A stretch of 64,000 bases of DNA from Bdellovibrionota bacterium (lineage in GTDB: Bacteria > Bdellovibrionota_C > UBA2361 > JBGSMV01). Below, in pieces: positions 58,163-64,000 of this stretch. The notes below the pieces were generated by a model. It was not told the origin of the DNA. It saw only the letters and a program-made list of their open reading frames with translations, and made no database searches. Each line of letters begins with the position of its first letter. The first letter of the stretch is position 1. The position numbers were made by a program, and so were the translations under genes. Location: positions 192,001 to 256,000 of the forward strand of contig JBGSMV010000047.1 of the NCBI GenBank assembly GCA_041739995.1, given 5' to 3'.

Positions 58163-59203
58163 CTGAGCAACTCTGCCCCCGCAACTAAGTCTATCGAGAA
58201 TCTTTCTCCTCAATCTGTTTCGGTCGGAGTGGTCGGACTTGGGAATTGGGGCACCGCGCTTGCCAATCATCTGGCGAATAAAGGGCTGGATGTGTTGGGT
58301 TGGAGTATCGAGCAGCCGGTGGTTGCCTCGATTAATGCCCACTCGAGACACCCCAAGTTTCATACTCAAATAGCTTTTAATAAATCCTTCCGAGCGACCG
58401 GTGAGATTTCAGAGATTCTAAGCCGCGACATGCTCTTGCTGGCGATTCCATCGTCCGCAATTCAGGCGGTATATCCACTGCTTTGTGGGGGTGAAATCCC
58501 ATTGATAGTAAGCGCAATTAAGGGCGTGGAGGGAAAGACATTACTCACCCCGCTCCAGAGTCTTGGCGAGCATGGCATCAAGGCAGCAGCTTCGGCGGTG
58601 CTGTCCGGGCCGAGCTTTGCACGTGATGTGGTCAGAGGGCTTCCTTGTGGAGTGGTGGCGGCCTCAGAATCTGAGTCGGTAGCGCGCTTTGTTGCCGATA
58701 TGTTCTCCAACGATTCAATGAAGGTCTATCTCTCGACCGACACGCTCGGAGTGGAGCTGGGAGGGATTGTGAAGAACGTCATCGCGCTTGCGGTGGGCGT
58801 GTGTGATGGCTTGGAGCTTGGAGATTCTGCCCGTGCTGGCTTGGTCACCAGAGGGTTGGCGGAGATGATTCGCCTTGCGCTGGCCATGGGTGCTGAGTTG
58901 CAAACGCTTGCCGGCCTTTCTGGTTTAGGCGATCTGGTGATGACGGCGACTTGCGACACCAGTCGCAATCGCACTGTGGGTCTTGAGCTTGGTAGAGGTA
59001 AGAAGTTGCCTGACATTCTTCGAGCGCTTGGGTCTGTAGCCGAAGGTGTTGAAACAACTCCGCATGTTCTCGAGTTGGCTCGTAGGCATAACGTTGAAAT
59101 GCCAATTGCTTTGCAGGTCTCCCGCTTACTTGCCGGTGAGGTAAACCCGAACGAGCTGATTCGCGGCCTTATGACTCGACCGCTCCGACGCGAGTTCGAA
59201 TAG
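58163..59203 (+). CDS. gpsA: NAD(P)H-dependent glycerol-3-phosphate dehydrogenase
   Basis: GLGNWGTALA, LSGPSFA, KNVIALA, GLSGLGDL, SRNRTVG; start CTG 58163 (proposed) or GTG 58229. Confidence 0.93.
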   Translation: MSNSAPATKSIENLSPQSVSVGVVGLGNWGTALANHLANKGLDVLGWSIEQPVVASINAHSRHPKFHTQIAFNKSFRATGEISEILSRDMLLLAIPSSAIQAVYPLLCGGEIPLIVSAIKGVEGKTLLTPLQSLGEHGIKAAASAVLSGPSFARDVVRGLPCGVVAASESESVARFVADMFSNDSMKVYLSTDTLGVELGGIVKNVIALAVGVCDGLELGDSARAGLVTRGLAEMIRLALAMGAELQTLAGLSGLGDLVMTATCDTSRNRTVGLELGRGKKLPDILRALGSVAEGVETTPHVLELARRHNVEMPIALQVSRLLAGEVNPNELIRGLMTRPLRREFE

Positions 59204-59226
59204 CGTCTTCCTCTGACGGATGGAAG

Positions 59227-60201
59227 TTACTCGGCGCCGAATAGCATCCATCGAACGAATCCTGATTCTCCTGCGTACGACCGGCTGCCCGGAGCGGATT
59301 TCTCAGGATATAGGTGGCGATTAAAAAATCCTTCGACGCTTTTAGAAAGGCCGCGTTGAATGCTTTCCCCCTGACCCGCTTCCTCGCAGTAATCTGTATC
59401 ATGAACCAGTATCGCGGGCTGTTGCTTTAGAGGAGCAGTGCCGCCCTCTAAGAAGTTATCTTCAATAAGCGCGCGTTGTCCTCCAACCGAGCAGTGCGCT
59501 ATCAAAGCAAATGGAGAGCGCACAATTTTGGTTACGCAGTCTCCAAGGCCTTCTGCTTCGCGGTTAAGAGCATCTTGGACTTTCTCTACTTCGGTGAGGC
59601 TTGGCAGTTCATAGGCTCGTCTTATCAGGCCTTCGGTCAGGGTTATCAAGCCTTGCAGCGCGTGCATATTGCTACTATTTACTGCGCCTTCCACCCCGTA
59701 TTCACCAAATAGTACTAAGTCGAGTCCTAAGCCATCTGCTATCAACCCAGTGCACCTTTCAAATGTTTCGAGGCCGCCTTCGATTGCCCTCGCTTGTTCT
59801 AAGAAGCGCGATTCTCGAAGCGCAACATACTGGCCAGAAACAATGCGAGGAGCATGGGTGGGATCTTTTTCGGCGAAGGCAAGTAAAATTCCGCCCAGAT
59901 GAGCACGCAGTGTTTCTTCAATCTGGGTCGGCGTGGAGGTCTGATCTAACTTCTTGAATGCCGATTGCATCGATAGACAGCCCGCTTCGGTAAGTTCACC
60001 GATCGAATGCTGTGCCACCGGCTTCGAACCTTCGAGCCACGGGGAGAGGGAACGATGAGAGGGAAATAGTGTAGGGTCTAGTGCGAAGCTCGACTTGCCA
60101 AAATCAGGACCACACAATTCTATAGTCGTAGTTGGCAACGGGCGCCACTCAAGTTGAGTGTGGCATCGTTTATCAGGTTGTGGTCTTTGGTCCATAATCA
60201 A
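59227..60201 (-). CDS. Hypothetical protein
   Basis: 324-aa ORF with GAGAG-like RBS; no motif recognised. Confidence 0.6.
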   Translation of the reverse strand: MIMDQRPQPDKRCHTQLEWRPLPTTTIELCGPDFGKSSFALDPTLFPSHRSLSPWLEGSKPVAQHSIGELTEAGCLSMQSAFKKLDQTSTPTQIEETLRAHLGGILLAFAEKDPTHAPRIVSGQYVALRESRFLEQARAIEGGLETFERCTGLIADGLGLDLVLFGEYGVEGAVNSSNMHALQGLITLTEGLIRRAYELPSLTEVEKVQDALNREAEGLGDCVTKIVRSPFALIAHCSVGGQRALIEDNFLEGGTAPLKQQPAILVHDTDYCEEAGQGESIQRGLSKSVEGFFNRHLYPEKSAPGSRSYAGESGFVRWMLFGAE

Positions 60202-60268
60202 ACTCTCATTTTCTCAGTACGCGCTATCAAGTGCGATTCGCGTTCTTCTTTGTTTCCACCCGAAAGCG

Positions 60269-61024
60269 TTAGCTGCAAAACGCTAATTGCACCTCATCAA
60301 GTACGCTACTGTAGTTGATTGTTCGCACTTCAGCGTGCTGATGTAGATTTTTGGCTTCGCCGCGTCGAACCTTAAGAATCGGATCCACTGCGCGTTGGAC
60401 AAGAGAATCTTGCATCTGGTCCGAGTATCCACTCTTTGAGAGTTCTGCAAGGAACTTTCCAAGCACAGAGAAGTCTTGATCGGTGAGGAGTCCGGAAAGT
60501 CCAGCATGTCGCTGCCTGATTTTTTGCTCTTCGATTCTCTGCGCTTGAAGGGCTTTCGTATCGAAATGTGTTCCGAAGGCACCGACCACAGGAGGAACTA
60601 GTCCTCTAGAAGAGGCTTGGCTGAATGCACCGTATCCAGGGGGTAGCGAGGATCCTCCGGAACCAATGCCACCAACCCCCATGCTTGGTGTCAGCCGAAG
60701 TGGAGTGGATGTCGGGTCTCCGACTCGATCGGTTGATGGGGGAGCTACTAAATGTTCGAGTCCTGCCACAGCCCGGGTCATCTGAGGTATTTGCCACTCG
60801 CTCTGTTGGTTCTGAGCATTTTTGAATGAGTAAGGAGTCTCGCGGTGAGGAGGGGGGTTGGGTAAGTGGCCAGGAGTTTTACTCGCGATGTCGGTGTCGT
60901 CGCGGGAGGCCGATCCCCGTAATCTGAAAGCGGTGAGATCAAAGTTGCCGCTTGAAGTGCGCGGAACCGCTGCTGATTGGGCTCCCACTATGCGCTCTCG
61001 GTTCTCGTTCATGAGACATGCCAA
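60269..61024 (-). CDS. Hypothetical protein (P/S/G-rich N-terminal half)
   Basis: 251-aa ORF co-directional with neighbours. Confidence 0.5.
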   Translation of the reverse strand: MACLMNENRERIVGAQSAAVPRTSSGNFDLTAFRLRGSASRDDTDIASKTPGHLPNPPPHRETPYSFKNAQNQQSEWQIPQMTRAVAGLEHLVAPPSTDRVGDPTSTPLRLTPSMGVGGIGSGGSSLPPGYGAFSQASSRGLVPPVVGAFGTHFDTKALQAQRIEEQKIRQRHAGLSGLLTDQDFSVLGKFLAELSKSGYSDQMQDSLVQRAVDPILKVRRGEAKNLHQHAEVRTINYSSVLDEVQLAFCS

Positions 61025-61137
61025 ACGGGTAAGTTTCTCTAAAAGCCCAAGGTAACGCTTAGGTTATGGGCTGTGTCGTCAGGTGCGATGCATTTAGATA
61101 ACGTGCTGAAACAACTAGCCTTAATAGCAGTCGGGCT

Positions 61138-61932
61138 CTATTCGAGATGGTCAAAACCGACCTGACGAGCTCTTTCGAACGCCAAATGTATGGAGAGCAG
61201 CCCTAACATTAAGAATCCGAGAGAACAAAGAGCTCCGTTCAGCAGCATGTTCCAATCAGCCTCACCTACGAAGACCACAGCACGCATCGCCTCAAAGGCA
61301 TGTGTGGCGGGGAAGCACCAAGCGAAACCTTGTAACCAACCGGGCAACATGGCAACCGGCGCGTAGGCTGCACACAACGGAAGGAACACAAACGCGAGCG
61401 TCCAGGAGAGAGCTTGAGCCCGAATACCAAACATCAAAATAGCGGCTGAGGCGATCAGGCCAATTGCCCACCCGAAAGAAATTAAAATGCACGAAATGGG
61501 AATCCAGATCCAACCAAGATTGAGGATGTTGAGCGAGTAGGTGACCCAGACGGTGAGCCCGGTAAAAATGACGACCGCTAAAAGTTTGATAAGACCAACC
61601 AGAACATTACCAAGTAGCCACTCGATTTTGGTAAGCGGAGTAGCGAGCATATTGGTAAAATTTCTGTTCCAGCCCTCTTCGACAAGGTTAATGCTAATCT
61701 CATAGTTCGAGAACCACACCATGCGCCACATCACGAATGAAAGCATGATGGCCAGCACCATGCTGGCAGAAGTGCTACTATCTTGAGATAGCCATTCGGC
61801 GGTAAGGCCCCACACTACCACATCAATGACTGGCCAAAAGAAACAGTCAGTGAGACGGTCGAAACTTCTTGGCAAGAGGTACCAATGTCGCCAAAGTATC
61901 GCCGATACTCGATGCCAGCGAATATCGATCAT
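61138..61932 (-). CDS. ABC-2 type transporter permease
   Basis: About six TM helices, LATPL, YAPVAMLPGWLQ..P.THAFEAMR. Confidence 0.92.
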   Translation of the reverse strand: MIDIRWHRVSAILWRHWYLLPRSFDRLTDCFFWPVIDVVVWGLTAEWLSQDSSTSASMVLAIMLSFVMWRMVWFSNYEISINLVEEGWNRNFTNMLATPLTKIEWLLGNVLVGLIKLLAVVIFTGLTVWVTYSLNILNLGWIWIPISCILISFGWAIGLIASAAILMFGIRAQALSWTLAFVFLPLCAAYAPVAMLPGWLQGFAWCFPATHAFEAMRAVVFVGEADWNMLLNGALCSLGFLMLGLLSIHLAFERARQVGFDHLE

Positions 61933-62876
61933 AGCTGCCCCGAGGGTTTGGCATGCATTAAAAAGTAATCTTCAAGGCTTGGTCTGTGAATCGTCACGCG
62001 TGAATATGAAATGTTGCTGCGCGAGAGTTGAATAAAGAGTTCCGCTTCTTTCCCCTCGTGGACTTCAATGGACACCGATTTCTCAGTGTTAACGAACGTA
62101 TATTGGAAATCCTTTAGTAACTGAAGCATTGACTCAGTGGCGGCAGGTTCTAGTTCTACAATGGAACCGCCTGCTTCTGCGGCTAAATTGCGCGGGGTGT
62201 CTACCGCTAGAATCTTGCCGGCTCTCAAGAACACGACACGATCACAGAGCTCAGTAACTTCTTCCATGTTGTGGGAAGAGAACAGAATGGAAGTCCCATC
62301 TTCTTCTCTTTGGGTCGCCACGAACTCTTGAACTTCCTGGGCGATATCCGGATCGAGAGAAGCAGTCGGCTCATCAAGCAGGGCAATCGTGGGCCGAGGA
62401 AGAAATGCGCGCGCGAGCATCACGCGCGTTCGCTCTCCTGCAGAGAGTTGTCCTACTCGCTTATGACGGTGATCGTGGGCACGAAAGCGTGTAAGCATCT
62501 CTTCGATGCGTTCACGACGCGCGGGAGCGGGAAGGCCGTAAATGCGCCCGTGTATATCAAGATTCTCTTCGACCGTAAGAAATAGCGGCAGGTTAGTGTA
62601 GGTGCTTGCGAAAGCTACGTGTTGGAGTGCCGCGCTGCGCTCATTTGCAAGTGAGTGCCCCATAACTCGAATAGTTCCAGAGTCGGGACGTAAGACCGAA
62701 ATTATCATGCGAATGGTGGTCGTCTTTCCCGCGCCGTTGGGGCCAAGTAGTCCTACAATCTCGCCGCGTGCTACCGAGAAACTAAGATCGTGAACTGCGA
62801 AGCGATCTTTAGATTGCGCAAATTTCTTTGAAACGCCTTCGACTTGAAGCGCCGGCTCTGAAGCTAATGGGCTCAT
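61929..62876 (-). CDS. ABC-2 type transporter ATP-binding protein
   Basis: GPNGAGKTT, LSAGE, LLDEPT, SSHNM, PSLEDYF. Confidence 0.95.
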   Translation of the reverse strand: MSPLASEPALQVEGVSKKFAQSKDRFAVHDLSFSVARGEIVGLLGPNGAGKTTTIRMIISVLRPDSGTIRVMGHSLANERSAALQHVAFASTYTNLPLFLTVEENLDIHGRIYGLPAPARRERIEEMLTRFRAHDHRHKRVGQLSAGERTRVMLARAFLPRPTIALLDEPTASLDPDIAQEVQEFVATQREEDGTSILFSSHNMEEVTELCDRVVFLRAGKILAVDTPRNLAAEAGGSIVELEPAATESMLQLLKDFQYTFVNTEKSVSIEVHEGKEAELFIQLSRSNISYSRVTIHRPSLEDYFLMHAKPSGQL

Positions 62877-62918
62877 GTGGGCACAAGGTGAATTTAGAAT
62901 AACTTAATCGAAAGCAGC

Positions 62919-64000
62919 TTAGCTGATTACTACGTCAGCAAAGTTATCCATCAAGCGTTCTTTTACCAGGCGTTTCATGCGATCGACAAAGACTTCGCGC
63001 GAAAGGCTTAGTTGTTCGGTCACGCAATAGCGGCGCAAGGTGACCGTTCCCGCAGCTTCTTCTTTTTCGCCAAGAATCACTATGTTCGGGATCTTTTTGG
63101 TCACTGCAGCACGAATCTTCTTATTGAAGGAGTTATCTGAGAGATCCATCTCTACGCGCATCAGCTCGGCATGCAGAAGATCTCGCAGCTCCTTGGCGTA
63201 CCCTTCGAGAGTCGGCTTCACGGGAATGATCATCGCTTGAGTTGGCGCCAACCAAGTAGGGAAGGCTCCGCCAAAGTGCTCAATCAAGAAGGCTACAAAG
63301 CGTTCATGCGACCCGAGTGGAGCGCGATGAACAATAAAGGGACGATGCTCTTTGCCGTCTTCACCCACATAGGACAGGTTGAATCGAATTGGCTGAGCAA
63401 AGTCGACCTGAGTGGTGCTGATGCTCTCTTCACGGCCGACTACAGTGGTGGCCTGAAAATCAATCTTTGGTCCGTAGAATGCGGCTTCACCAGGTCCAAG
63501 AACGTAGTTAATTCCTGATTCTTCAAGGACCTCATGTACGACCTTCTCTGAGCTCAACCAGAGCTCTGGATTGTCCACGAACTTCTCTGGTTTAGATGCG
63601 TCGTGAGTAGAGTAGCGTGCGGTGACGTTCTGGAAGCGAAAGAGCTTGTAGTAGTCGAGACACATTTGGAAAGTGGCTCGAAGTTCATCCTTCAACTGCT
63701 CAGGTGTGCAATAAATATGAGCGTCGTTTTGCGCGATTGACCGCACTCTTAAGAGCCCGGAAAGTGTCCCAGACGACTCATAGCGATAAACGGTCCCATA
63801 TTCGGCGAAACGAAGTGGAAGCTCTCTGTAACTACGTGGTCGATGACTATAAATCTGATGATGATGCGGGCAATTCATGGGCTTAAGGTAGTAGCGTGAC
63901 TCACCTTCGAGTTCCATGGCGGGATACATGGAGTCTTTGTACATCTCCAAGTGTCCCGACTGCAGATAGAGATCTTCTTTTGCCAGATGCGGTGTTGCTA
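62919..64000 (-). CDS. thrS: Threonyl-tRNA synthetase (5' truncated by window)
   Basis: LKPMNCPHH, YRYESSG.LSGLLRVR, QNDAH, AFYGPKID, HRAPLGSHERF; frame open to window edge. Confidence 0.97.
   Translation of the reverse strand, partial: ATPHLAKEDLYLQSGHLEMYKDSMYPAMELEGESRYYLKPMNCPHHHQIYSHRPRSYRELPLRFAEYGTVYRYESSGTLSGLLRVRSIAQNDAHIYCTPEQLKDELRATFQMCLDYYKLFRFQNVTARYSTHDASKPEKFVDNPELWLSSEKVVHEVLEESGINYVLGPGEAAFYGPKIDFQATTVVGREESISTTQVDFAQPIRFNLSYVGEDGKEHRPFIVHRAPLGSHERFVAFLIEHFGGAFPTWLAPTQAMIIPVKPTLEGYAKELRDLLHAELMRVEMDLSDNSFNKKIRAAVTKKIPNIVILGEKEEAAGTVTLRRYCVTEQLSLSREVFVDRMKRLVKERLMDNFADVVIS

Noticed and set aside
55640..59203. GyrA-GpsA read-through fusion (in-frame TGA)
   Set aside because: Same frame arises by chance one time in three; no recoding signal seen and no functional rationale

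Overview
Bacterial chromosomal window of apparently uniform composition. The gene set suggests a deltaproteobacteria-like (Bdellovibrionota/Myxococcota-type) host; this is inference only. Housekeeping genes (lysS, phoH, alaS, prfC, cinA, ruvX-mltG, nadD, prs, pepA, gyrA, gpsA, thrS) are interleaved with accessory loci. The main finding is a LysW-carrier lysine biosynthesis cluster, lysW-lysX-lysY-[Ntn hydrolase]-lysZ-lysJ. It has no lysK, and an EgtC/YafJ-like class II amidotransferase is translationally coupled to lysZ, making it a candidate non-homologous LysK replacement. lysW itself is missing from the ORF track. Also notable: a flagellin whose variable region is seven FG-GAP Ca-binding repeats, with an apparent 5' frameshift; a Tgt-MnmC-methyltransferase fusion; a sigma54-type promoter driving a DUF1800/DUF1501 pair beside a MoxR-DUF58-vWA cluster; and a degenerate REC/HD-GYP protein. 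Three families of short dispersed intergenic repeats and one isolated 38-bp palindrome are present. No rRNA, tRNA, CRISPR array or transposase was recognised. Family assignments rest on motifs recognised by eye, not on database searches.
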